A DNA stretch of 64,000 nucleotides. Origin: Lobosporangium transversale (lineage: Eukaryota). Under the pieces are notes generated by a model, which did no database searches, was not told the origin of the DNA, and worked only from the letters and a program-made list of their open reading frames with translations. The translations under genes and the position numbers were made by a program. How positions within the stretch are numbered: the stretch's first letter is position 1; each line of letters begins with the position of its first letter. Below are positions 37,455 through 51,756 of the stretch, in pieces. The DNA is taken from contig NW_019028990.1 in assembly GCF_002105155.1 (NCBI RefSeq), positions 372,001 through 436,000 on the forward strand, given 5' to 3'.

Positions 37455-39941
37455 TACTATAGGATCGAAAGACCCGCTGGACTGGAACATTAGAGTCCGA
37501 GGATGGGCTTTCTCAAAACGATCAAACCGCAGGAAGCGTCTTGTCATGTGTAAGGCTTGGAAAAAAAATGCATTTTTGCATCATTATTTCTTGATCTATT
37601 GCGATTGTAATGCATAATGATGCTTATTAATAATATCTATAATTTTTTCTCCCTTCAATCACAATATATATAAAGCCATGGCAAGGAAGCTGGCTGGGCT
37701 TACCAAAGATGATAAAGTATATGAGACATTAGAATCACGGTTTGGGATGTTCCTAGCAAATAACACCCAAGGAGTCGAATTCAAAATCCAATGTGTTGGC
37801 GTAGCAAGAACGAGCCATATGGAGTTGGCAGGAGATCATAAATCAAAGGACGAAACAGTTGATGTGCTATTGAAAGAACTGAAGACCCCGGCCGGCGCGC
37901 TTGCAGCTGCAGAAGCTGCAGAAGAAAAGGCTCAATTGAGAAAATCGCTAGAGGAAAACCGAGAGGGTTATATAAAGAACGATCGATCTAATGTTCATCG
38001 TGAGGGCAGCGGTTTTGAGAAATTAGACCGGGCTGTAAACAAAATCAATCAAACCCCGTCAAAAGGGAGCAGTAGTAGCACTGCTAGTTCTACTAACCCT
38101 GCTGCTACTACAGCTTCAGGAGCAAACGGAAACAACAGCTCTCCCTATATTCCAAAAGACGGTACCCCTTTAACCAGAGCGACATCACCTGAAAGTACTG
38201 AAGAATCAATCACCGGACGACTGACTGGTTTTATGAAAGATACATATAAAAGATACAAGCCAGTTGTTATGGCTCAGGTCAATAACGGTACCAACTATGC
38301 ACGAAATCGATCGAGCACCGGAAGTAGCAGCATCAGTTCAAAGAGTTCAGGAAGCGATATTGAAAAGCCCCGTTCCCAGCCTGGAGTCAATGGAGCTGGT
38401 ACTGACGCTAGCATCCTGCCAGGGGCCTCCACTACGTACGAAGAAGACTTGGGATATGGTATATTTCCTACTGTCAAAATCTCATCGCGACCTGGTGGGC
38501 ATTTTGATGGCACCTTACGTGTATCATATAAGGATGTTCAATTGCACCGTATGAATAGTAAAAAGGGCAAGGCTTTTCGTCCTGGCGACCACCCTCGCTT
38601 CCTAAAGCTGCGTGCTCATCACCCAGATATGGCCAGTGAGCCACAGGGCATTGCCAACCTGATTGATCCGGAAGGAGTATCCGTTATTTCGGATATTGAC
38701 GACACGATTAAAGAGACCAACATCGCAGCGGGCGCGAAGATCGTCCTTCAGAATACGTTCCTTAACGAAATGCAAGATGTTCCAGGGATGGCAAATGTCT
38801 ATAAAGAGTGGTGGAAGCAAGGTGTAGCCATCCATTATGTCTCCAACTCACCATGGCAACTCATTCCAAGCCTGTTGGACTTCTTCCACACGCACAAGTT
38901 CCCTCCGGGGTCGGCACATCTACGCCTACACGACAGTGTCTTGAAGTCGTACTTTATGTCACCTGGGGAACATAAGCGTAGGGCTATCAGCGAGATCTTG
39001 ACCGACTTTCCAGACCGCAAGTTTATCCTGATTGGAGACAGCGGTGAAATCGATTTAGAGATGTAAGTGTCGTGTGGGCGGAGTATATGTTCTAAGTATT
39101 TTTATAGGCATGATTCATGATTTTGACTATAGTATTATTATTTTTTTTCTCTTATTTTATTAGTTATACAGAATTGGCACGTAATTTCCAGGGACAGATT
39201 TTCAAGATTTTTATTCGAAATATTACGACGGCGAGGCTTCAGGAGATGAATGCCGAATCGACAGCCGATTCTATAATAGGACCTGATTTCTTTACTCAGC
39301 AAGGCGGTGCTGGGGTTGTGAATTCCTTAAAAGCTAATGATACTCCTAGCGATCTCCCCACGGATGATATTGGACGCGCTTCCTCTCGAACCGATGGAGA
39401 TGCAAGCAAAAGTAGTAGTAGACAAAGCGTGGAGACGGCGTTGGGCAAAGGTGAAACAACGATATCAGACGCTATTGCTGCCAATACAACTACGTCTGTA
39501 GCCACAGACAGAGCTGGCTCCAAGGCTTCAGAAAAGACAGCAACGGGCGATGGGCTTACAGATAAGGCAATATTGGATGAAGAGCCCATGCCTGGCGCTC
39601 CCGTGTGCCATGAACCAGCAGTAACCAAGAGTCCGCTTGAACTCTGGGCTGATCGTGTGGAAGAATGTAGAAAATACTTGCCGGAGGATATGCTGACAAT
39701 TTTTGAAGACGCACAAGCGTTAGGGAAGTGTTCATTAGTCAAGGAAAAGATTCGATATTATCGGGATGCGTTTACCTTGGATGAAGATGATGAGAACGAG
39801 GATGAGGATGATGGAAATGTAAAGGGAGACAAGGCTAACAAGAGCAAGAATGAAGATATGGGTAAAGAGGATCGCGACAACAACGAGCTACCACAGCCTC
39901 AGCCACAGAACAGAAAGATAGAAAAGCTGATTGATGTATGA
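37102..39941 (+). CDS. App1-like phosphatidate phosphatase (DUF2183), 4 exons, with possible non-AUG N-terminal extension from ~36709
   Basis: CLLFPTYA, WNIRVRGWAF, GVSVISDIDDTIK (DxDxT), IHYVSNSPWQL, FPDRKFILIGDSGEIDLE, KIFIR. Confidence 0.87.
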
Positions 39942-40586
39942 AATTAAAACCGAGAGAGAGGGATCTGTGCAACAACAGAATCGGTCGCGTGGCCTGGTGC
40001 GTGCTTTCTTGAGAGGCGATGTTTTGCAGCCCCATTTTTAATGACGATGTATTAGAGTTCAAATCCATGAAAAGGTGTTCCCTTGGATGAGATGTAAAAC
40101 ACATCTTGTCTTGCAGTCTTTTTACATTAGGGTCTTGTTTAAACCCATCATCATTCATAGTCTAATCTATTGCTGTAAACGGAAACGTCACTTTTTTTTT
40201 TTTTTTTTAAGAGTAATAGTAGTAGTAACTAATAGCCACAATACCATAAAAGCAAAATGTAATCAACCTGGAAAAAAGGGAAAGGGGAATGTCAGATTGA
40301 ACCAAGTATCAAACGAAAAATGGTTACAAACCGATGATGCTGATATGAGAAAAGTAGTTCATCAAGTTTTATTTGGATCAAACACCCTCAAGGGAACGTG
40401 CGCACACTATTTCACTCCTCCACTCCCTTTCTCTTTATTCTAATTTTGACTCCTGTCAACTTGCTCCACAATAGCCTTGCTCTTCTAACCAAACAGCATA
40501 TTCTCTTTCTTTTAACTATCTCACGATCTGTCCGCATTCATTCCTATCCTTCAAAAAAAAAAAAATACCCAAGTGGACAGATCGTC

Positions 40587-42041
40587 ATGGTCGCTTTTCG
40601 ATGGACTTCGCCTTTAACACAGGTGATGGCAGTTGGATTCATTTGCTTCTGCTGCCCTGGAATGTTTAACGCCCTCAATTCCCTGAGTGGAGGAGGACAG
40701 CTCGAGTCCAAGGTTGGACAGAACGCAAATGTGGCCCTTTACACATGTTTTGCCATCTTTGGTCTCTTATCTGGAGCGATCCATAATATCTTGGGGCCTC
40801 AATGGACCATTTTTATCGGCTGTTCAACCTATGTCCTCTACGTAGGATCCCTTCTATGTTACAATCATACTCAGAATGGAGCATTTACAATCGCAGCTGG
40901 AGGTATCTTGGGTGTAGGTGCAGGAATGCTTTGGACCGCTCAAGGAGCCATGATGATGGCCTATCCTCATGAACAAGATAAAGGCAAATACATCGGATAC
41001 TTTTGGGCTATCTTCAACATGGGGGCTGTCCTTGGATCCGTCATTGCTTTAGGTATCAACTTTCATGTTATAGAAGCTAAAAGATTAGGTGATGCCACCT
41101 ATGCTGCATTTTTGTCCATCATGGCTGTTGGTACGTTGATTGCTCTGTCATTAGCCTCCCCTCGGAAGGTGACCCATTCTAATGGAGACCATATTCTGAT
41201 ACAGCCGTTTCCAACTTGGTGGGGGGAACTGAAAGCGATCTTTGGACTCTTTTTGGATTGGAGAATGGTGGTCCTGATTCCTATGTTCCTGTCCTCCAAT
41301 TGGTTTTATTCCTATCATTTCTCAACTGTGAACGGTCGTTACTTTTCAATCCGATCTCAATCTCTCAACAATATCCTCTATTGGGCTTCACAGATTGCAG
41401 GATCTTATTCATTTGCTCGTGTTTTGGATTATCAAGGAATCAATCGAAGGAGAAGAGCAGTTTGGGGGCTAGTGATCATCACCATTGCATTTGTGTCTAC
41501 ATGGATCGGAGGGATCTTCTTCCAAAGAACATACACGATCAATGATCCCAAACCAAATCACGATTTTAAGGAAGGACGCTCATATGTGGGTCCTATGTTT
41601 TTGTACATGTTTTATGGCTTGAATGATGCGGCCTGGCAGACTTTTATTTATTGGTTGATGGGTGCATTGTCGAATGATGCGACAGTTCTATCTCGATATG
41701 CTGGATTCTACAAGTGTATTCAATCCAGTGGAGCTGCAATTTCATGGCGGTAAGTGGATGAGAGAACACTTACAAGGAATAGGTCCATTTGCTATCTCTT
41801 TCTTTACTAATGTTTTCTTCGTATTTCCCTTTTTCCTTTTTTCAGGATCAATGCTGTTGGCACCAATTATATGGTCGAATTGATTATTTGCTTTGCCTTG
41901 CTGGCGGCTGCCATCCCCGGCGCACTCTTTCTAGCATTACGCATTAAGGATCATAGCGAGGATGCAACAGATTATCATTCAAATGGAGTAGTAACGCCGA
42001 CTGTCGAACAGAAGCGTGAAGAACCAGGAGTAGTTTCTTAA
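40587..42041 (+). CDS. UNC-93-like MFS transporter (DUF895), 2 exons
   Basis: CFCCPGMFNALNSLSGGG, GMLWTAQG, SNWFYSY, RYAGFYKCIQSSGAAISW. Multiple TM helices. Intron from ~41750. Confidence 0.9.
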
Positions 42042-42290
42042 TACCTTACCCCTCCCACCTCTCTAACTATTAATATAAAAATCACCAACGTACGTTTACG
42101 AGTTTGTATTTTATAAATAAATACGCCACCATAGCGATTGTTCTTTTTAATTTTGGTGGTATTCACTCTTCTTTTCAAAAAAAAAAAAAAAAAAAAAAAA
42201 ACGATTCAGTGATTCAGTCATTCAAATACAGAGAACGAGCTGCATGCATGCTCCCTCTCATTCATAAACAGGAATCAACTTAAAAAACGA

Positions 42291-44365
42291 ATGGGAACAG
42301 GAAGGAGGCATGACATGCAGAACTTGGATGAGCAGGAGAAGATAGAAAGCCGTGTAAACGACGATGGCGAGGACACAGATAAAAACGAGAACGATGGCGA
42401 TGATCATCCGAGCTACTGTGTTATTTGCCTGAATAGCTGCGAGGATCGGACAGTGCTCGAGCCATGTCATCGTAAGTAGCCTCAGTGAAGTGAAGTGCGT
42501 TGAGTTCTCCAATTGATGATTTATTCAAAGGTTATTAATGATCTTTATATATAAAAACAAAAAGATGAATTCTGTTTTCATTGTATCCTTCAATGGTCCA
42601 TGGTGTCGCACTCGTGCCCGCTCTGTGTCCAGATTTTCGACAGTTGTATCCATGAAATCAAGGACGACCACCACTATACAGTTGTAAAGTTACTTTCAAT
42701 GGTGCATGACCGATGATGATGGAATGTTCGATTACGACATAAAAAAAAGAACTAACAAAGCAAAATGGTCGTGCTGGTATGCATACCTTCTTTGACCCTC
42801 CATTATTCTTTCTAGTATCGATTCGAGCCGCTCGCATCTGCGTCCGCGCCCAAGAGTTCTTCTAACTCCTCATCATCACTATCACCGCTATCAACTAATG
42901 TGAGATTACAGCCACAGCCGATGGCGATTCCCTATGGGATTATTCGTCAACTCTATGGACCACCCCAACGAAGAAGAAGGTTCGGTAGAGGCGATAGGGG
43001 CCCTAGTATGGAAAAAACAGAGACAGAAAACGAACGCACAGTGTCTAATCAACAAGAACAGGCATTAGAAAAACGAAGGTATTTTTTTTTAAAAAAAAAA
43101 AAAAATTAAAAAGGAGTGTCCTTAATATTTTAGAAATATAACTAATGCTTTTTTTTTTTTTTTTTTTCTTTTTTTTTTGCTCCGCCTTCCAAAAAAAAAG
43201 ACACGTCTATCGCCATCGCCTCTTCGTTAAACACATGGGTGCTAACAGGATCTCTGGGTTTCAACAGATAACGCCGGAGACCTTTCGAATCCTACCGCAT
43301 AAGCTCGATCGCCTTATTCCTTGGATCCGACGAGAATTACAGGCGATTTTATCGCTCAATACTGGCAATGTTTCTTCTGGTGACGTCAACAATGACAACA
43401 GTAGTAGCAGCAGCAGCAGTAGTAGTAGTAGTAGCCATAGTGACGCTGTTGCGGCTGCCATGAATCGTTATCAGGAAATCAATACAGGTTTGGAATTGAT
43501 TCGAGAATATGTCATTGCAGTGTTGAAACGGTTTGATCTTCAAACCGATCAGGCTCAGGACTTGCTTCGGGATTTCTTACATGAACATACAGCACATTTT
43601 GTTCATGAACTCGTTGCGTTTGCAAGATCTCCTTATTCAATTGAAGCGTATGATCGGTTAGCGCAGTATGATGATCCAGCAGCAATAACAACGGCTACAA
43701 AGACGAGGACGGCGGTAACAACAATGGCATCAGAACATGTAGGGTCAAGACTCAAATCGTCGTCATCATCTAGGCGTCGTCATATTGGCGCTGGTGATAA
43801 TGAGAGTGACTCTGAATATAGGGGACGAAGTCGAGGACGGTATGGGAACGGTTATAGGAATAGGAGCATCAGTAAAAATCAGACCATCTCCTCTGATGGA
43901 GAGAAAATCCCTAGGACATACATAAAAGACAAGCGCCGTAGGGGTAGTAGAGAAGAGGATCATGATTGGCGGACCCAGCCAGGCAGTGAAAGCAGTAGGA
44001 ATAGAAGAAGAAGAACGGGCTCTTATCCGGGGAATCAAAGTAGGAGTAGGAACAGGAGTAGGAATAGAAGTAGGAGTAGAGGCGAGAACAGGGATAGAAG
44101 CATGAGTAGGAGCAGAGAAGAGTCCAGGAACATGTCCTCCTTGAGTGAAAGTAGAAATGAACGAGTGACAGAGTATGAAAAAAGAAGACCGCAACTATCT
44201 ACAACCGAGAGAGGACATGCACCTGCCGATATCAGATCCTTACCACCCATCAACAATAATAATAGTACCAATGATAATCGAGAGTCACTAAATGCCATCT
44301 TGCGGGCCAAGTTGGCAAAAGAGCAGGAGCTGTATAATGCCAAACATAAGAATAAAGCAACCTGA
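42291..44365 (+). CDS. Topors-like RING E3 ligase with RS-rich tail, 4 exons (start codon uncertain)
   Basis: Spliced RING CVIC...PCHHEFCFHCILQW...SCPLC. Also RLIPWIRRELQAIL and FLHEHTAHFVHELVAFARSPYSIEAYD. RS repeats. Confidence 0.82.
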
Positions 44366-45366
44366 CCACACAACAAAAAAAAAAAAAAAAAAAAAAAAAA
44401 AAGACACGGAACGAATGCACACCGATCCTTTGTATAGCCTCCAATGCCTCTGCCCAGTATATCTCATTGGGTCATTTGGACACTTGCTCTACAAGAACCG
44501 CAACATTTTGTGGCTTTGGATGAATGAAGGTGAAAGCGCGTAAATGTACAGCACAGCAACAAGTTTCAACTCAAGTAATGATGCCTCTCTTGTGACTTGG
44601 TTACACTTTTTATGATTGGAGTATAGCCCTTGCACAGCACTTGATAACTTTATACCCTCCAGTGGACAACTCAGTAAACTCTACCCTAGCGGTCGGGTGT
44701 TAGATGTCAGATCGCCACTGTACCGGCTTCTTGTTGGTATCCAATCGCTATTCACTGCTGGACTGGAAGCGAACGCTATGATTATTGATATTGTAATCTA
44801 ATCTGTAAATGTCTTGGTCTCTGAGATCATAGTCCGTAAATGCTATGGTTATTGAGGTATTAGCCTGAATATGATTGATTCATCATCATCATCTCTTCGT
44901 TTCCAACACCGAACTAGAGGGGGCTCGTCCTTTTGTCAATAAGATGCCAACCAACTATTACATGTCATTTGATTTTATAATTTATAGGATGTTATTAAAG
45001 CTTTTCATTTTCAGGGAAAGAATGTAGCAAATGGCAAATAACATTGCTACCTGGTCACAATGCGAGAATATTAGTACAATATAATGATGTAAAAAATACC
45101 TATACATTTACTATGTAGAGGCACTTTCTTTACCTTGTAATAACACAAAGTTCGAAGTTACCACATCTCAACGAACTAAGAGAAAAGAGACTATATTGCT
45201 AGTGTCAGGCCACAGCATTTACTGTCACTCGCTTATTCAATCCTCATCAATCCAATTTTATAGGTGTTTCTTGTTAATATCACTTTGCACCTCAAACAAA
45301 AAGTTTAAAAGATGAAAAGGAGTATCGGATCAGCAAACTACTACACCACTTGTTCCGTGGAGATTC

Positions 45367-45404
<38 letters not shown>

Positions 45405-45802
45405 TCAGTTTAGTGCCTCATTTTCAGCAACTTGATATTGGTAGCATAGTCATGTTAAAGGTCAGCAAGTGACCCCCACACTCTTCACATAGTCTTGGTT
45501 TCCAAATATGAGTGAAGTGAAGGAATGCTTGGGGCTGCCCAAAGATGCAGTCTAATAGCATGCTTAATTCCTATTGGGCCATCTCTGTGCTCATCTTCTT
45601 GAAGTGGTTTAAGGCGTTTGTTTTCATGTAGTAAACTAGACACATGCTCTTATACCAGCAGTGAAATGTCCTTTTCAAAAAAAAAAAAAAAAAAAAAAAA
45701 AGATTTTCAACTTCACGTAAATCTTATCCAAATTAGGGTCAAAGCGGCCGCGCAGATATTTTTTTTTTGTGTAGACTGCATGCATGCATACTGCAAAGGA
45801 GG

Positions 45803-45839
<37 letters not shown>

Positions 45840-46237
45840 TCCAACGTGGATAATGGATCAGTGTCACTCCACACCACGCCTATCAGCTGGAGCAACCCAA
45901 GGAAAAAAAAAAAAAAAATACATACTACATGCCATTTAACGAAGAGCGTTTCCTCTCGACAACCTTTTTTTTTTTTTTTTATTTTTTTTTTATATTGTAA
46001 TGGTCGTTGGTATTAATAAATATCTGACCTTGGCTCGACTTGTCCGCTTACCTTTTTCTTTTCTTTTTTTTTTTTTCTCTCACCATTTACTTTTATTTTC
46101 ATCTGATCCTAAAGTCATCTCTTTCATTCTGTGTTGTGCACTTCAATCCAATTTACTCCAAGAAAGTAAAGACAACATTTCATTCCAATTCCTACGCGAC
46201 TCGAGCAAGAGCTATTTTTCAGTACGTTTCCTCCCAG

Positions 46238-47372
46238 ATGCAGACATCTGACGTTATTACCCCAGCTGCTTCTCCATCGGAGACATTGTATATTTACAAG
46301 GCACCGTCACTGAAGGCATCCAGTCTGGATTCAAGCGTGAAGTATGAGAAGAAGGCGGAGCAAGTCCATATTAATAGCAAGACGCTTGCGCCAGCGCCAT
46401 TACCTGTAGGGCCTACTACACCGTCTATACTAGGGTCGCTCCTAGAGGGCGGTCTCAAGGGTTGGATTGCCGTTCTAGGCTCTTTCCTCATCCATATGTT
46501 CGTGTTTGCACCCACAGAGTTTGCATTCGGTGTGTTTGTACTTCACTACCAAGACGTATTCCCGAGAGCTGCAGCATCTGAGATTGCGTTTGTAGGGACG
46601 ACAGGCTCAGCCATCACATATATTGCAGGGTTTTTGGCTGGGATTGTAGCAGACCGCTTTGGCTTCAGACCTACGGCCTTTGCTGGGACAGTACTCATGG
46701 CCATGTCCCTCATTGCGGCATCATTTTCATCGCAGGTAAGGACAAGCTTGGTTCTGGAGGAAAGAAAAAGCTCACGAGGAGGTGCATGTGGGTAGATAAA
46801 TGTTCATATCACTGAAGATCTGTACACGAAGGAAGGGGGGTTGCATTTGCCCAAATAACAAATGAACCTGTCTCAATTTCGCACCCATGCAGTTCGTGTT
46901 TGTTATCCTTATTTGTCATTTTTTATTATTTTCTCACTCTCCTTTATTTGTCCTTTTGTCTCTCGCCTCCCCCACACCCCCTTTTTTTTTTTTTTTTTTT
47001 TTTTTTTCGAACGGTGTCATTATTAAGCTTTGGCACTTGTATGTGACCCAAGGTCTATTTTTTGGCGTTGGGGCTTCTTTAACCTACTATCCTGCTATTG
47101 CAGCTCCTTCGCAATACTTTGTCAAGAACCGTGGACTAGCCATCGGGATTGCAGTCTCAGGCACAGGGTTGGGTGGCTTTGCTCTTGCCCCCCTTACAAA
47201 TGCACTTATCAGTAAGGTTGATGTATTTTGGACACTACGGATCCTCGCAATCATGATTTTTATTGTGTGGTAAGTACGCATCTTTTTTGTATCTTTGTGC
47301 GTGTACCAAATTGTGGGGGAAGAAGGCGGGTCAGCCTGTTGAAAGAAAAAAAGAAGTTGAACCCCTTGAACA

Positions 47373-47404
<32 letters not shown>

Positions 47405-47748
47405 TGATCCAGTGGTGGGGCCAGTATGATGATTGCGGAGAAAAAAGTAGATCCTATAGAACAGATTGCTAGTCAGATTAAACAAGAAGAGGAGGCTACC
47501 CGCCAAGATCAAGGACGCACCACCTCCACTGTTAGTGTGGAGGAAAAGAAAGATGAAACTTGTGATTTGGAGATGGCCAAAAATGACAGGGTCAAGGTTG
47601 AGATAGAGGAGAAGCCGTCATTCTGGCAGGCTCTCCATATGTTCAAAGACGTTCGGTTCTTGACGTTGACCATGGCAGAAGTGGCAGCCTCGCTCGGTTA
47701 CCTCATCCCATTGTATTACATGCAGAGTAGGTGATCATTTGACGTTCT

Positions 47749-47783
<35 letters not shown>

Positions 47784-48703
47784 CATTTTACTCTCGCCCA
47801 AGAGCAACCATAGGAGCGCACACAACAAGACGCGCATCATTACATGGCAATGCTGAACATCCGTTATTTTATATTTATTATTTTGACGCTTAAATGCTTA
47901 GAGCAACTTGTAACTTTTTTTTTTCTCACTCCTATTTACACTCTTTAGCGTACGCTGTATACATTGGCTTATCAGCAGACGAAGGTGCTTTGATCCTGGG
48001 CCTATCGAATGGGTCGTCCTTTGTAGGGCGTATTCTGCTGGGGATCATTGCTGACAAAGTCTCTAACACAAAGACCTTGTTGTTCTGCTGTTGGGCCACT
48101 GCGTTCTCTGTCGTCGTTTTCTGGCTTAATGCAAAGTCCTTTGGCATGCTTTTACTAATGGGCGTGACCTTTTGCATGTTTGTTGGTAAGTGACTTTGAA
48201 GAATTAAAAAAAAAAAAAAAAAAAAAAACATTGAAACCTCTCTTCATCCTAGCGCATACTGAACTAAAACCTTTTGATTTGTATATCCCAATGTTTCTAT
48301 TACAGGCGCCTATATATCTCTGGTGCCTGTTGCAGTTGCCGAGTCATTCGGTAAGCCTTTTTTAACTTGTGATTTACTTACTTTTTCTTAACAATGATTC
48401 AATAGTTGATTCACTTGCTCACTTCCCTTCTTTTTCCTTTGTTTAACAAAAGGTACTGACACGATCGCGTCTACGATCGGTCTCATGTACGGCGCAGGGG
48501 GACTGGTCATGTGGGGTGGATCTCCTTTGGCCGGATATATTTTAGACTCGACTCTTCCTAACCTGTCCTATACACCTGTGATTGTTACCGCTGGAGTGTC
48601 CATGGTCGTCGGAGCTATCTGTGTGACCGCATGGGCCTACTTCCATTGGCGGGCTAAGCGACCAGTCACCAAGGACGTTCGCTCCAAGGAGTGTTTGCCC
48701 TGA
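46238..48703 (+). CDS. MFS monocarboxylate transporter (MCT/Mch family), multi-exon
   Basis: GGLKGWIAVLGSFL, ADRFGFR, LWHLYVTQG, QYFVKNRGLAIGIAVSGTGLGG, GRILLGIIADK. Confidence 0.88.
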
Positions 48704-49279
48704 AAAGGAACCGAAAGAGATCGGACTTGGAGTCCGCTACATAGTTAAAATACTTTTGTTCGATCGACTTTAACAGCATTGATAATATAACGGCTACTTT
48801 TATCACTTCTACCGGAGTTTTTTATAACTTGCTATTCACTCTGTTGACATGTGCATTGTATGGCTGGATGGTACTAATTTGGGAGATGTCTTTTCTATAG
48901 AAAGGAGCATATATTTACCAATCCAATACGTTGGGAATTTGCGAGGGTGGCAACACCCTAGAGAGCTAATCATATGAAGCTAAAGAGCATAGAGGGGCAA
49001 CCAATGTGTGAGCCCAAGTAGGGTTTATGAGTGTTATGAAAGCGAGACCTAGAATGTATGCCTGGAAAGTAGTAACTACAGAACAACATGTGGACTGTAA
49101 TGGATCTAAAAAAGCCCTCAACTCTTCGCTCTAAACTTCTTCCCTTCTTCTTTCCTTCTTCCTGCTTCCTTCTTCATCTCTTGCTCCAACATTGTCACCA
49201 CCACCAACATCATTATTGTAGACATATCTTTCTTTCTCCTACAGCTGATCCGTCTCTTTCAATCTTTACTCGCACAACC

Positions 49280-50010
49280 ATGACAACTGACGAAGGCGCC
49301 AATAACAGTACGTTTTCAACTATGAATAAAGGGGGTTCAAAATAAGGATGAACATATTCATGTGAATGTTCATTAGAAATTCATTCCTCATTCTGATTTC
49401 ATTGAATCTTGTATGTATAGATGAACTTCTGATTGCAGCATGCAGGGAAGACAACCTGGAAATGCTAGAACAAGTTCTCTCTTCAGACCATTCCAGCTAT
49501 GATATCAATCATACAGACGCCTTCGGCAACTCTGCACTTCATTACGCGTAAACTATCATGTCTCAATTGCTTGGATGACATGTGTAAATCTCTGTGGCAC
49601 CATTTTAGACGGATCGAATTGACCTTTTTTCTTTTTTTTCTTTTTTTTTTTAAACAAATAGTGCAAAATACGGATCACAAGGATGTCTGGAGGTTCTGAT
49701 GTATTATGATGGAATTAACGTCAATGTTACAAACAATTCAGAGGGCGATACACCTTTGCACAAAGCTGCTGGATACCAGGATCCAGAGGTTGCACTCGAC
49801 ATGGTCCAACATCTGATCAAGAAAGGTGCCTCAGCTCAAAGTAAGTCCCTTCTCTCAATCTTGGTCTTGATTTCTTTTTTTTTTTTTTTTTTTTTCACCT
49901 TACTGTCCCCTGATCTGATTTTATGGCCGTCAATTTGTGGTGCGGGAATCATGAGAAGAAAGTTCATGCACAATCAGTTAATGGAGCCAATTTTGATGTC
50001 GGGCTTTTGA

Positions 50011-50048
<38 letters not shown>

Positions 50049-50429
50049 GAAGCAGTAGAGTTTATTTTTAACAAAAAGACTATTTATTAACTTGTAACTT
50101 GCTTTAACTTGCATTCAATGTCCTTTAATTATTAGTTCAGAACAAATTGAAGCAGACACCTATAGATGTTGCGCCTAGTGGCACGCATGATGAAATCAAG
50201 AAGTATTTGGAGAAGGCTATCCTTGGGGCACAGGTTGTAAGTGAGAATTGTGATTGACACAATTGCGATGCTGTTTTTTTTTTTTTTTTTTTTTTTTTCA
50301 CTAAACCAAGGATACGTACAATACTAATGAATATGCTTTTTTTTTTTCTTTTTTTCTTGACAGGATCCACGAGACATTCCACAGAGTGATAACGATGAAT
50401 CAGATGGTGAACCAAGCGATGATGATTAA
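49280..50429 (+). CDS. Small ankyrin-repeat protein, ~5 exons
   Basis: ELLIAACREDN, DINHTDAFGNSALHYA, EGDTPLHKAA, acidic C-terminus. Confidence 0.82.
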
Positions 50430-51756
50430 ATAGAGAAATAGTCTGCATCTTGATTCTTGATCTAGAGAAGGAAAAATAAATTCTAATGCAAAATCCAATT
50501 TGTTCATGGCGTATGTGTGTTTGTTTGGTTTGTTTATTCGCACACAGAGCTAAGGAAGCATAGCGTATTATGCACTATGCACAGAAAAGGATAATGTCCT
50601 CAGTAAATTTTTTTTTTTGGGTAAATATTCATCTCACGATACGATAGAAGAATTTATTTTTGTTCTTTAACAAATTCATGTTGAAGAGAACAACACAACA
50701 TGCTTTGCCTCTTTACGACTTTTAATTGTCCGGAGAAGGTTGCTTCCTGAAATGGCAAGGCAGGTTATGACAATTCATTCTAGCGGCTCATCAAAGCGAA
50801 TGGCCAATGTCACCATTTGAAGTGGAGCACAAAGCCAAAGATCTATTTAGACTGAGTATCCCTTCAAGAAGCAAGTCTATTTGATCCTTTTGAATTTATA
50901 TGAAAAAGTATTGTCTGACCAAGATAAAGTTTGAACAGCATTCATTTTTTTGAGTGCTCTCTTGGCCCAGGGCTAGAAGATTGGGATAGTTATAGATAAA
51001 AGGAGCGTCCAAGCCCATGCACAGCAGCGGGAGTCAAGGTTTGCTGTAAATGAATCAACATCATCAAGTGAATTGATTAATAGGCATACCTGTTGCCATC
51101 TATAGATCTCTAGTCCAGTGCCGAAGAGGCATGATCAAGGCTACCTCGTATAGTTTTCATTTACTTTGTATGAGTTTAATTGGTGCAAGTTGCAAGCAAC
51201 TGTCGCCAGTAATAGCTAGGATTTTTTTTTACTCAAGGCGGAAACGCGTGTGTCCTAGGTGTCCAACCAATGAAGGTGTTTCAATGTTCCAAGTTTTTTT
51301 TTTTTTTTTTTTTTTTCCGTAGCCTCAGAGAAAAAATTTATGCATGCTGGGAGATGGAACAATCTCTTCTCGATGTATGCATGCAATCCATCCAAGCAAA
51401 GCATGCAAATAATGGGCTCAGTCGAAAGTATACTTTGTCCTTCTCTTCTCTTCTCTTCTCTTCTCTTCTCTTCTTCTTTTCTTTCTTTCTCTCCTCACAC
51501 AATAGCGTCTATCGCTCTTGAGACAATCTTTCCTCCCCTCTTTTTTTTTTTTTTTTTTTTCTGGCACGATTCCTCGATCAGACATGTAAGTGCTTACGCT
51601 GGAGTTGGAGAATATGAAAAGAATATAAATAAAAAAATAAAAACATTATTCATCTACAATATCGCCTACAAACACACCACTCTCATGCTTACATAGTTCT
51701 TGTTCTACTGAAATGAATAGATCAAAGCTGAGAAAGAAGAGAAAAGATCGACAGCC